From contig JALCCT010000007.1 of NCBI GenBank assembly GCA_022640915.1, positions 23,482 to 87,481 on the forward strand: a DNA stretch of 64,000 nt, given 5' to 3'. This document shows, in pieces, positions 1 through 9,165 of this stretch. The notes below the pieces were generated by a model, which searched no databases, was not told the DNA's origin, and saw only the letters and a program-made list of their open reading frames with translations. Position 1 is the stretch's first letter. The number at the start of each line of letters is the position of its first letter. Position numbers and translations under genes: made by a program. Source of the stretch: Bifidobacterium sp. (GTDB lineage Bacteria > Actinomycetota > Actinomycetes > Actinomycetales > Bifidobacteriaceae).

Positions 1-394
1 CATCCGCACGATGCCACGCGGCTACGAGACCATCGTGGGCGAGCGCGGCGTCGGCCTCTCCGGCGGGCAGAAGCAGCGGCTGAGCCTGGCTCGAGCGTTG
101 GCCGACGATCCGGCGATCCTGATCATGGACGACACTACTTCGGCCGTCGATATGGAGACCGAGGCGGAGATCCAGCGGCATCTGGGCGAAATGGACGTCG
201 CCAAGACCATCGTGACCATCGCGCATCGTATCTCTTCGGTCAAGGACGCGGATCTGATCCTTGTCCTCGAGCACGGGCGCATCATCGAGCGTGGCACGCA
301 CGAGGAGCTCGTTGCAGCGCATGGGCGTTACTGGGAGATCTATCGCAAGCAGCTAGGCCTAGAATCAGGCCAGTCGCAGGGATTCAGCGAGTAA
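1..394 (+). CDS. ABC exporter ATP-binding/permease subunit, C-terminal part (5' end outside window)
   Basis: Signature LSGGQKQR, degenerate Walker B ILIMDD, H-loop IAHR; directly upstream of a second ABC exporter subunit. Confidence 0.9.
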   Translation, partial: IRTMPRGYETIVGERGVGLSGGQKQRLSLARALADDPAILIMDDTTSAVDMETEAEIQRHLGEMDVAKTIVTIAHRISSVKDADLILVLEHGRIIERGTHEELVAAHGRYWEIYRKQLGLESGQSQGFSE

Positions 395-409
395 GGAGGG
401 GATGTAACT

Positions 410-2215
410 ATGGCGCAACGTAATACGTATCGCGAAGATGAAGAGCTTGAAGAACAGATCAACATGCACGACATCCTGCGTGTTGGCCGGTATCTGAAAC
501 CGTACGCAGGAGCAGTCGCCCGCATTCTGGCAGTGGTCGTGCTCATGAGCTGCATCGAGGTCTCGCTGCCGTACCTGACCAAAGTTGCCATCGACTCGGC
601 CTTGCCGCACAAGGATTACGGCCAGTTGGGCATATTGGTGGGCATATTCGCCGTGCTTATCGTGTTCTTCGAGCTAGGACTGCGCTACCGCACGCTGGCG
701 ATCACGCGTGTGGGCCAGCTCATGCTCAAGGACATGCGCCGCGACATCTTCACGCATATTCAGACGCTCCCGTTCAGCTACTTTGATTCGCGGCCGCACG
801 GCAAGATCCTCATCCGTGTCGTCAACTACGTGAACACGCTCTCTGACACGTTGTCCTCAGGCTTGATCAACGTGATCTCCGACGTATTCACGTTTATCAT
901 CACATTGATCGTCATGTTTGCGATCGACTGGCGGCTTGCGCTGTGGAGTCTCGTGCTTTTCCCGCTGCTCATCGTGTGGGTGCGCGTGCTGCAGATATTC
1001 CAGCGCCGCGCCTACCAGAAGCTCTCCAACAAGCAGAGCAATCTGAACGCCTACATTCACGAGTCGATCGCCGGCGTGAAGACCACACAGACCTTCGCGC
1101 AGGAGCGCACGCAATTCTCGACGTTCCAGGAGCAGGAGAGCGATGTGCGCAGCGCGTGGATGAAGGCCGTGCACATCCAGTTCCTCATGTGGCCGGGCGT
1201 GCAGATCATCTCCTCGAGCACCATCGCCTTCATCTATTACACGGGCATCATGGGCTTTGGCGGCGTGAGCGTCACGACCGGCGTGCTCATCGCCTTCATC
1301 GGCTACGCGAACAACTTCTGGAACCCGGTCATCAACATCGGCAACTTCTACAACCAGCTCATCACCTGCTCGGCCTATCTCGAACGCATCTTCGAAACGC
1401 TGGACGTCAGGCCCGAGATCGTCAGCAGGCCGGATGCCGCCGACTTGCCGCTGATCCGCGGCAAAGTCGACTTCAACGACGTCGTGTTCCGCTATGAGCC
1501 GGACGGCCGCAATATCCTCAACCTGGTCGATATGCATGTCGAGCCGGGCGAGACAATCGCGCTCGTCGGGCCGACGGGCGCTGGCAAAACGACCATCATC
1601 AACCTGCTGTCGAGGTTCTATGACGTGTCGGAAGGCTCGGTGACCATCGACGGCTACGATGTGCGCGATGTGACCCTGCCATCGCTGCGCCAGCAGATGG
1701 GTGTCATGCTGCAAGACACCTTCATCTTCTCCGGCAACGTGCGCGAGAACATCCGCTACGGCAAACTCGACGCCACCAACGAGCAGATCGAGGCCGCCGC
1801 CAAGGCCGTGCACGCCCACGAGTTCATCATGGAGCTGCCCAACGGCTACGATACCGTCGTCGAAGAGCGCGGCTCCACGCTCTCCGCAGGCCAACGCCAG
1901 CTCATTTCCTTCGCCCGCGTGCTGCTCGCCGACCCGCGCATATTGATTCTGGACGAGGCGACGAGCAACATCGACACCCGCACCGAAGAGGCGCTGCAGG
2001 CAGGTTTGAACCACTTGCTCACTGGCCGCACGAGTTTCATCATTGCGCATCGGCTCTCGACCATCGAGAACGCGGACGAGATCTACTACATCGACCACGG
2101 CCAGATCGTCGAGCATGGCTCGCACGCCGAACTCCTCGAGAAGAAGGGTGCCTACTACCGCCTCTACGAGTCGCAGTACGCGATGATTCGTGTGAGCGTC
2201 GGCGCGCAGGCGTAG
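410..2215 (+). CDS. ABC exporter (type IV, multidrug-like) TMD-NBD subunit of a heterodimer
   Basis: N-terminal TM helices, Walker A GPTGAGKT, LSAGQRQ, LILDEAT, IAHRLST; RBS AAGGAGG upstream. Confidence 0.93.
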   Translation: MAQRNTYREDEELEEQINMHDILRVGRYLKPYAGAVARILAVVVLMSCIEVSLPYLTKVAIDSALPHKDYGQLGILVGIFAVLIVFFELGLRYRTLAITRVGQLMLKDMRRDIFTHIQTLPFSYFDSRPHGKILIRVVNYVNTLSDTLSSGLINVISDVFTFIITLIVMFAIDWRLALWSLVLFPLLIVWVRVLQIFQRRAYQKLSNKQSNLNAYIHESIAGVKTTQTFAQERTQFSTFQEQESDVRSAWMKAVHIQFLMWPGVQIISSSTIAFIYYTGIMGFGGVSVTTGVLIAFIGYANNFWNPVINIGNFYNQLITCSAYLERIFETLDVRPEIVSRPDAADLPLIRGKVDFNDVVFRYEPDGRNILNLVDMHVEPGETIALVGPTGAGKTTIINLLSRFYDVSEGSVTIDGYDVRDVTLPSLRQQMGVMLQDTFIFSGNVRENIRYGKLDATNEQIEAAAKAVHAHEFIMELPNGYDTVVEERGSTLSAGQRQLISFARVLLADPRILILDEATSNIDTRTEEALQAGLNHLLTGRTSFIIAHRLSTIENADEIYYIDHGQIVEHGSHAELLEKKGAYYRLYESQYAMIRVSVGAQA

Positions 2216-2254
2216 CTTCCGGCGTAGCGCGACGGCGTGCGAGTGTGCCGGAGT

Positions 2255-2315
2255 GCGGTAAAATGATGCACCCTGTGAACCGTGCCACGGTTCACAGGGT
2301 GCATCATTTTACCGC
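2255..2315. terminator. Perfect 30-1-30 inverted repeat between convergent genes; probable bidirectional terminator
   Basis: gcggtaaaatgatgcaccctgtgaaccgtg-c-cacggttcacagggtgcatcattttaccgc. Confidence 0.7.
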
Positions 2316-2322
2316 CCGAACC

Positions 2323-4617
2323 TCAGTGCGCCATCCACACGCGCATCTCGTTCTCTCCTCGATTGGCCCAGGCAAAGTATGGAATGAGCTTCGCGGTGAA
2401 GGGGGTGCGCAGCGAAGGATGATAATCGGTGTATAGCGGGACTCTAACCTCATCTGTTGTGCCGGTCGTGCCTGTGGAGGCATTCTGGAAAGTCGTGTCC
2501 GTGACTTCGCGTGAAGCGGGAACCAACAGCCGGATCATGCGGTTTCCTTCGATCACGCATTCTTCGACGGCAATGCCTTGGCAGTGCTCTCCGATGGCTG
2601 CGAGATCGGCGTGAACGAGGTGCAGATCCGGACCGTTGTCGACTTGCTCCATGCAGAAGGTGAGCGGTCCGCGGATGAATGCTACGGTGTTCGCATTTTC
2701 GCGCACTCTCGCATTGGCCTGTATCGTGCGCACAGGCATGGGGAAGTCCCATGACACCGTGTCTCCGTCGTTCCAAGTACCGGTCAAATAGACATAGCCG
2801 TCGTGGATTTCGCGGGTGATTCCAGCGTCGGCAGTGACGCAGAGCGACGCTATGGCCTGCGCCTGCGGCGTAGACCAGCCGGGAACTCGGAATGCCAGCG
2901 TTGCCGTGACTCGCTCCTCATTCGTGCTGATGCGGGCTTGCCCGGCTCCCGACCAAGGAAGATCGGATTGCATCTCTAGCCGCATTGTTCCGGCGGCAAA
3001 GCGTTTCTCGACGCTGCCCGCGACATACAGGTGAGTCCATAATGTGGTGTCGTTCTCGCTGTACGCATATTGCTGGAGTGAAGTGACGAGCCGTGCAAGG
3101 TTCGGCGGGCAGCAGGCGCAGCTGAACCAGCGCTGGCGAACAGTATTGACATGTTGCTTGCGCTGGTCTTTATGACTCGCTTCGGGCACGACTTCGAGAG
3201 GATTAACATAAAAGAAGCTCTTGCCGTCCAGCGCCATGCCGTCCAGCACCGTGTTGTAAAGCGTGCGCTCCATGACGTCGGCGTATTCGGCCTTCGGCTC
3301 CAGGCGAAGCATTCGGCTGGCGAAGAAGACCAGTCCAACTGCGGCGCAAGTCTCTGAGTAGGCGAGGTCGTTGGGCAGATCATAATCGTAAGAGAAGGAT
3401 TCGCCGATCTGCGTTCCTCCAATGCCACCAGTGATGTAGAGCTTGCGGTCGACGATGTTGCGCCATAGCTTCGTGCAGGTGCGAGCCAACGTTTCGTCAC
3501 CTGTCGTTCTTGCAATATCCGCTGCGCCTGAATACAAGTAGACGGCTCGCACGGCGTGCCCGACTGCCTCATGCTGTTCGCGTATTGGACGATGTGCTTG
3601 AAAGTATGACAGATCGAAGCCGTAATCGACGTACGGCAGATTTCTGCGCTTCGCCTCTTCGCGCTCTGCGCAGAAATAATGGGGCTCGCGTCCGCGCTCG
3701 TTCACGAAATATTCGGCAAGCTGCAAGTAGCGCTCCCGGCCGGTTTGCTCGTACAACCTGACCAGCGCCATCTCGGCGAGCTCATGCCCTGGGTATCCGT
3801 GGATTTTTCCGGCTTCTCGGCCGATTCGGCTGTCGATATAGTCGGCGAAGCGACAGGCGGCATCCAGCAGCTTTCGTTTGCCGGTAGATTGGCAATAGGC
3901 TACTGCAGCTTCAACAAGGTGTCCGAAGCAGTAAAGCTCATGATCGTATTGCAGATCAGTGAACGCCAAGTTTTGATCGCCAAGAATGAAGAAGGTGTCA
4001 AGATAGCCGTTGGGAAGTTGAGCCGCACAAATAGTATCGATGAAACTGTCCGCATGTGCTTCGAGTTGAGAGTCTGGCGTGTTGGCAAGCGAGTAAGCGA
4101 CCGCTTCGATCCACTTCGCGCCATCTGAATCTGTGGCTATATTGCCGTAGAATGTGCCGGGATCAGGGTTGCGCGGGTCGTCGGGCAGCCTGCGGCCAGA
4201 TCCGTCCCACGCTGTGCCCATGTTCACTTGAGGCTGCGTTTGAGTCTGAGGTCGGGGCCGCCCCTGCGCGGATTGCGCGACGTTCGCGGCTGCGCGGAAA
4301 TTATGCAGGCAAAAACTCGGTTCGGCTCCTGGTATGGCGTCGTTGAGCGCTTGCCACTCGTAAGGTAGCACTTCAGTGCGGATCAGCTCCTGCTTGCCCA
4401 GCCAGAATGGGTCGGACAGCTGCACGCGCCCAAGAGCCAACGGCCTGCAGCCTCGCCTGGGTAGAGGTATGGGCGTCGTCGGTGCAGAGCCTGCCGTGTG
4501 GGCTGGTGCGGAGGTTTCATGGGGATCAGATCCGCAATCTGTCGCGCGCTCGGCCTTGGGCTCGACGGCGGGTTCGATCGCAGAATCTGTTGTGGCGTCT
4601 GGCAGGATGGGTGTCAT
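2323..4617 (-). CDS. Glycoside hydrolase family 127 (beta-L-arabinofuranosidase HypBA1-like)
   Basis: Motifs DSDGAKWIEA, HELYCFGHL, GHAVRA, GESFS, YSETCA, FSCACCPPN (Zn-binding Glu/Cys residues and Cys nucleophile); start placed at ATG 4617 with AAGGA RBS. Confidence 0.9.
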   Translation of the reverse strand: MTPILPDATTDSAIEPAVEPKAERATDCGSDPHETSAPAHTAGSAPTTPIPLPRRGCRPLALGRVQLSDPFWLGKQELIRTEVLPYEWQALNDAIPGAEPSFCLHNFRAAANVAQSAQGRPRPQTQTQPQVNMGTAWDGSGRRLPDDPRNPDPGTFYGNIATDSDGAKWIEAVAYSLANTPDSQLEAHADSFIDTICAAQLPNGYLDTFFILGDQNLAFTDLQYDHELYCFGHLVEAAVAYCQSTGKRKLLDAACRFADYIDSRIGREAGKIHGYPGHELAEMALVRLYEQTGRERYLQLAEYFVNERGREPHYFCAEREEAKRRNLPYVDYGFDLSYFQAHRPIREQHEAVGHAVRAVYLYSGAADIARTTGDETLARTCTKLWRNIVDRKLYITGGIGGTQIGESFSYDYDLPNDLAYSETCAAVGLVFFASRMLRLEPKAEYADVMERTLYNTVLDGMALDGKSFFYVNPLEVVPEASHKDQRKQHVNTVRQRWFSCACCPPNLARLVTSLQQYAYSENDTTLWTHLYVAGSVEKRFAAGTMRLEMQSDLPWSGAGQARISTNEERVTATLAFRVPGWSTPQAQAIASLCVTADAGITREIHDGYVYLTGTWNDGDTVSWDFPMPVRTIQANARVRENANTVAFIRGPLTFCMEQVDNGPDLHLVHADLAAIGEHCQGIAVEECVIEGNRMIRLLVPASREVTDTTFQNASTGTTGTTDEVRVPLYTDYHPSLRTPFTAKLIPYFAWANRGENEMRVWMAH

Positions 4618-5009
4618 GGAGATCGTTTCCTTGGGATATGTCGAGGCGGAGTGTGTAAAGCCATCCCTCGTTAGATGTGCTCTGGATGCCCATCGCGGCG
4701 CACCCACGGCCCCGCGTCCTGATGAGGAAGGGCGAAGACAGTAGAACCGGCGCGATGATTTGGCAATTGAGTTATCTGGTAACAGGTAACTGCACGATAT
4801 GCGGTTAACGTTACTACAGTTTTAGGGATCGTTATCATTGCGCGTGTCTCGGCATCATGAACGCGCGCAGCGTCTGTCTCGGCAGCGACTGGGTGCGTAG
4901 TACGCCAGGTTCTATAGTTTTCGTTGCGAACATTGGTTTCAAGACATTAGCTGCCGGTGCTGCGCCTACGGTAAATAGTATGGTTCAGCATGTGACGCAA
5001 GCCGTTATG

Positions 5010-5053
5010 TTGTCATGGTTGCGATATCATGCTATACTGTCAACCGTCAACAG
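5010..5053 (+). promoter_or_regulatory. Sigma70-type promoter (TTGTCA-N17-TATACT, extended -10) with overlapping operator-like CTGTCAACCGTCAACAG
   Basis: -35 at 5010-5015, TG at 5030-5031, -10 at 5033-5038, repeated GTCAAC in 5037-5053. Confidence 0.6.
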
Positions 5054-5264
5054 TTAGCAATTGGAGCTTGCTGGCGATTCATAATGATTGGTCACAAAGT
5101 CTCGTGAGCGATCCAATACTCGATTCGGCGAACGAATCAACAAGAATCAAGAGGAAAGGCAAGGAGCACGACCAGCTGGGTGCGGGTGCAAGACTGTGCG
5201 ATTGCGATGGTGCGACGTCACTGCACAACCCCAGCCGAGAAGGTTCCCTCTGAAAGGATGAGCT

Positions 5265-6875
5265 ATGGTGCAACATGGTGCCTCGGTGGTGATCAAGAGA
5301 GCGGTGGCAGCGGTGGCCGCAGCTGCTTCGCTTGCAGCGGTGAGCGCTTGCGGTGGCAGCGATTCCGGCAAAACCGTGAACGGTAAGCCGGTCATTGATG
5401 TGCTGGTCCAATATGACAGCACGAACCGGCTGCCGATCGAAAAGAACAAATGGGTCAAGACCCTCGAAGCTGCCTGCGATTGTTCAATCTCGTGGCAGAT
5501 TGTCCAGCAGAATGCCTGGGCACAGCAGAAATCGGCGATCCTCACCTCTGGCGATGTTCCTGATGTGTCGATCAGGGCGTTTAATCCCGATGATGCGGCG
5601 AAGTTCCCTTACTTTGAGAACCTGTCGCCCTATATCGACAAGATGCCCAACGTCAAGGAATTCTTCGATCAGAACCCTTCGGCGAAACGTATGGTCTCCG
5701 ATTTGGATGGCAACCTCGAGATCCTGCCTGCGCAGTTCCCTGAGGGCGGTTCTAACCAGCATTGGATGATCAACAAGGCGTGGCTTGACAAGCTCGGCCT
5801 GAAGATGCCGACGACGTGGGATGAGCTCACACAAGTGCTCAAGGCCTTCAAGGAGCAGGATCCTAACGGCAATGGCAAGGCTGATGAAATACCCTTCGAT
5901 GTCGCTGCGCTGGGCACGGATGGTTTCCGATGGTATACGCCTATGCTGGCGCTCGGCTCGACCGGAATTGTGACTCAGGCTCAGGGCGGCCCCTTCCAGA
6001 ACGGGATTTATGTCAAGGGTGGAAAAGTCAAGGAATGGCTGACTTCCGATGAGCTTAAAGAGACGCTGCAGTGGTACGCCTCTCTGTTCAAGCAGAAGCT
6101 GATTCCAACTGATGCGCTGACACAGGATGGGTCGAAGTACGGCAGCGCGTTGACTGGCACCGAAACGGCTGCCACAGTCGGCCTCGCCTTCGCCTATCAG
6201 CCGGCGGCTTTCGGTTCGCACGCCAAGGAATATGCTGCGCTCCCAACGCCGAAGGCAAACGCCTCGATGTCTGACTCCGATGTCGTGTGGGATGCCTCCG
6301 GTGATTACGGCAAGTACGAGAACTATCACTTGGCCGTGAAGAAAGATGATCCTCATATGGACAATATCGTCAAGCTGATCAATTCGCTGTACAGCGAGAA
6401 GATGTCGGTTCAGCAGTTCTACGGTGATATTCCGGAGCTGGTGACCGATGAAGGAAACTCCTCCTACAAGGTCTCGGACAAGGTTTTCGCCGATCCCAAC
6501 GTCTCCTACTCGCTGGGTGGGTGCTTCGCCGGCTGGTTCCCCGATAATGTGAAGATCGCTGGCGACCCGAATCTGACCGCGAGGAAAGAAGCCGAATCTG
6601 CATATCAGAAGGCATATTCCAATTACAAGGTCAACGAGGACTCGATGCCGATCTGGGTCAAGCTCGACAACGCCGATCAAACAACCTTCTCCAATAACAA
6701 CACCCAGATCCTCAACTACGCCATCCCGCTGATTGCGAAGTGGATGAATGGGACGGAGAGTGACTATGCGCAGAAATGGGACACCTACGTCAGCCAGGTA
6801 AACAAGCTTGGTCTTGAGCAGAACGTCCAGCTGTGGCAGAAGTGGTACGACAAGTACTCCGAGCAGAAGTTCTGA
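5265..6875 (+). CDS. Carbohydrate ABC transporter solute-binding lipoprotein
   Basis: Signal peptide with lipobox VSAC; motif WLDKLGLKMPTTWDEL..VLKAFKEQDPNGNGKADEIP; followed by two permeases. Confidence 0.92.
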   Translation: MVQHGASVVIKRAVAAVAAAASLAAVSACGGSDSGKTVNGKPVIDVLVQYDSTNRLPIEKNKWVKTLEAACDCSISWQIVQQNAWAQQKSAILTSGDVPDVSIRAFNPDDAAKFPYFENLSPYIDKMPNVKEFFDQNPSAKRMVSDLDGNLEILPAQFPEGGSNQHWMINKAWLDKLGLKMPTTWDELTQVLKAFKEQDPNGNGKADEIPFDVAALGTDGFRWYTPMLALGSTGIVTQAQGGPFQNGIYVKGGKVKEWLTSDELKETLQWYASLFKQKLIPTDALTQDGSKYGSALTGTETAATVGLAFAYQPAAFGSHAKEYAALPTPKANASMSDSDVVWDASGDYGKYENYHLAVKKDDPHMDNIVKLINSLYSEKMSVQQFYGDIPELVTDEGNSSYKVSDKVFADPNVSYSLGGCFAGWFPDNVKIAGDPNLTARKEAESAYQKAYSNYKVNEDSMPIWVKLDNADQTTFSNNNTQILNYAIPLIAKWMNGTESDYAQKWDTYVSQVNKLGLEQNVQLWQKWYDKYSEQKF

Positions 6876-7083
6876 CGCACGATTGCCGCGACTCCACGCG
6901 ACCGGAAACAGCTGTCTGCCCGTTCCTCGACGAAGACCACACTGCGTCAAGTGCGCATGGTCCTGCTGAAGGGAACGGGCAGACATCCCGCCGAAATCGG
7001 TGCGTGAACAGGCGATGGCGGCGTTTGGAACTGGCGCTGCCGAAGCCAAGCGCAATCAGAGAAAACACAGTGTGAGGTGGATT

Positions 7084-8010
7084 ATGAAAACGACAGTTGC
7101 GGCTTCGAGCCAGCATTCGAAGACTTCGGAGTTGCTGCGCAAGCTGCGTCGCTGGCAGCTCGTGGCGATGGCTCTTCCGGCGATGGGGTTCGTGGCTTTG
7201 TTCTCTTATGTGCCAATGTATGGCATACAGCTGGCGTTCCGTGAATTCAGCCCGACCAAAGGGCTCACCGGCGGCACATTCGTCCGGATGAAGTATTTCA
7301 AGCAATTCTTCGAGTCCCCGATATTCCTCAATGTGATCGCCAACACGTTCCGTATCAGCCTGGGAACGTTGGTGCTGGGCTTTTTCGCGCCGATCATCCT
7401 CGCGCTGCTGATCAACCAGATCGGCAGCATGAAAGTCAAAAGCTTCGTGCAAACGATCACGTACATGCCGCATTTCATCGCGACAGTGGTCATCGTTTCC
7501 ATGCTCAACATCTTCTTGGATCCGCAAACTGGTATGATCGGCCGATTCATGGGCAGCTCGAACATACTTGCCAATCCTGACGCGTTCGCTCCGGTTTACT
7601 GGCTCAGCGAGATATGGCAGCATGCCGGCTGGAACGCCATCATCTATCTGGCCGCACTTTCGGCCGTTGACATGTCGCTGTATGAGGCAGCCAAAATGGA
7701 TGGGGCTGGACGCCTCCAGCTGATTCGTTACGTGGATCTGCCTACGATCATGCCCACTTGCGTAATCTTGCTCATCATGAATATGGGCAGTGTGCTTTCT
7801 GTTGGCTTCGAAAAGGTTTGGCTTATGCAGAACGCGATGAACCTGCCCGCTTCGGAAGTCATCTCGACGTTCACCTACCGAATCGGCATCCAAGGGTACC
7901 AGTTCTCATACGGCACGGCCATCGGCTTGTTCAACACGGCGATCAACTTCGTCTTTCTCATTGTGGCGAACGTCATCTCTAAACGAGTCTCAGACACGAG
8001 CATCTTCTAG
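7084..8010 (+). CDS. Carbohydrate ABC transporter permease (LplB-like)
   Basis: YVPMYGIQLAF, YMPHFI, EAA loop LYEAAKMDGA. Confidence 0.9.
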   Translation: MKTTVAASSQHSKTSELLRKLRRWQLVAMALPAMGFVALFSYVPMYGIQLAFREFSPTKGLTGGTFVRMKYFKQFFESPIFLNVIANTFRISLGTLVLGFFAPIILALLINQIGSMKVKSFVQTITYMPHFIATVVIVSMLNIFLDPQTGMIGRFMGSSNILANPDAFAPVYWLSEIWQHAGWNAIIYLAALSAVDMSLYEAAKMDGAGRLQLIRYVDLPTIMPTCVILLIMNMGSVLSVGFEKVWLMQNAMNLPASEVISTFTYRIGIQGYQFSYGTAIGLFNTAINFVFLIVANVISKRVSDTSIF

Positions 8011-8016
8011 GAAATC

Positions 8017-9009
8017 ATGAGAGAAGGAAGGAAAGCCGTGAAAGAACAGCATATGGTGCCCCGTCAGCAGGTCGCCGCACGAGTGCAGCCAGCGGGCGAC
8101 ATTCCGTTCAACAAGCATGTCGGGCAGCGGCGCACAACGTCCGATTGGGTCGTCGACATAGCGATGTGGTGTCTGGTCGTCATCATCGTGCTTATTGTGC
8201 TTTATCCGTTATGGTTCGTTGTTATCGCATCATTCTCCAATCAGACGTATGTGGCCGCCGGGAAAGTTACTCTGTGGCCGATCGACGTCACCTTGTCGGG
8301 CTACAGCCATGTCTTTGGCAACGCCCGTGTTTGGGCAGGCTACAAGAACACCTTGATCTACAGCGTTGTGGGCACGGCGCTCAACTTGATCGTGACCATG
8401 CCCGCTGCTTTCGCCCTGTCTAGGCGTGAGTTCCCAATGCGACGCATCGCCATGTTCCTGTTCACCTTCACGATGTATTTCGCTGGTGGGCTCATCCCCA
8501 ACTACATCCTGTTCAAGCAGCTTAATCTGCTTAACAGCATGTGGGTGTTCATTCTTCCTGGGGCGCTGAGCGTGTGGAACCTGATCATAGCCCGGTCGTT
8601 TTTCGAGACTTCGATACCTGAGGATCTGCATGATGCTGCGCAGCTCGACGGGCTTGGCGATTTCTCCTACTTCCTCAAGGTCGTAATACCGCTGAGCTCA
8701 GCGATCATCGCAGTAATCGGGTTGTATTATTTCGTCGGGCACTGGAATGATTACTTCACCGGTCTTGTGTTCATTCGCGATGATGCCAAGCAGCCGCTGC
8801 AAAACATTTTGCAGAGCATTCTGCTGGGCAGTCAAACGCAGACAACCGGCCAGATTTCAAGCGGTATTAGCGCTCAGCAACAGCAGCAGCTTGCCGACCA
8901 GATCAAATATGGCGTCATCATTGTCTCCACGTTGCCGTTGTTGATCATTTACCCATTCCTGCAGAAGTACTTCAACAAGGGGGTGATGATCGGTGCGGTA
9001 AAGGGCTGA
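8017..9009 (+). CDS. Carbohydrate ABC transporter permease (LplC/MalG-like)
   Basis: GGLIPNY, IPEDLHDAAQLDG, C-terminal YPFLQKYFNKGVMIGAVKG. Confidence 0.92.
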   Translation: MREGRKAVKEQHMVPRQQVAARVQPAGDIPFNKHVGQRRTTSDWVVDIAMWCLVVIIVLIVLYPLWFVVIASFSNQTYVAAGKVTLWPIDVTLSGYSHVFGNARVWAGYKNTLIYSVVGTALNLIVTMPAAFALSRREFPMRRIAMFLFTFTMYFAGGLIPNYILFKQLNLLNSMWVFILPGALSVWNLIIARSFFETSIPEDLHDAAQLDGLGDFSYFLKVVIPLSSAIIAVIGLYYFVGHWNDYFTGLVFIRDDAKQPLQNILQSILLGSQTQTTGQISSGISAQQQQQLADQIKYGVIIVSTLPLLIIYPFLQKYFNKGVMIGAVKG

Positions 9010-9165
9010 TCGCATAGGCGCGCCTCACGCTACCAGTGCAAAACGTGCGGAACGCAGGCGAAGCGCGGAGAGCCATATGGTGAAAAATAATAGGATACAA
9101 GAAACTATACAAGATTGTTGTGTAGTTGTTGGTGTGTTGATACAGGGATGTGGAGGGTTGTGACG

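Noticed and set aside
857-2125. Long antisense ORFs (also 5484-7055, 6790-7893, 36625-38007, 51963-52874, 55586-56512, 61081-62295, 62351-63565)
   Set aside because: Shadows of well-supported genes caused by high-GC codon bias; no recognisable motifs
4719-4740. CTGATGAG resembling a hammerhead ribozyme core
   Set aside because: No stem II, and CGAAG instead of the required CGAAA
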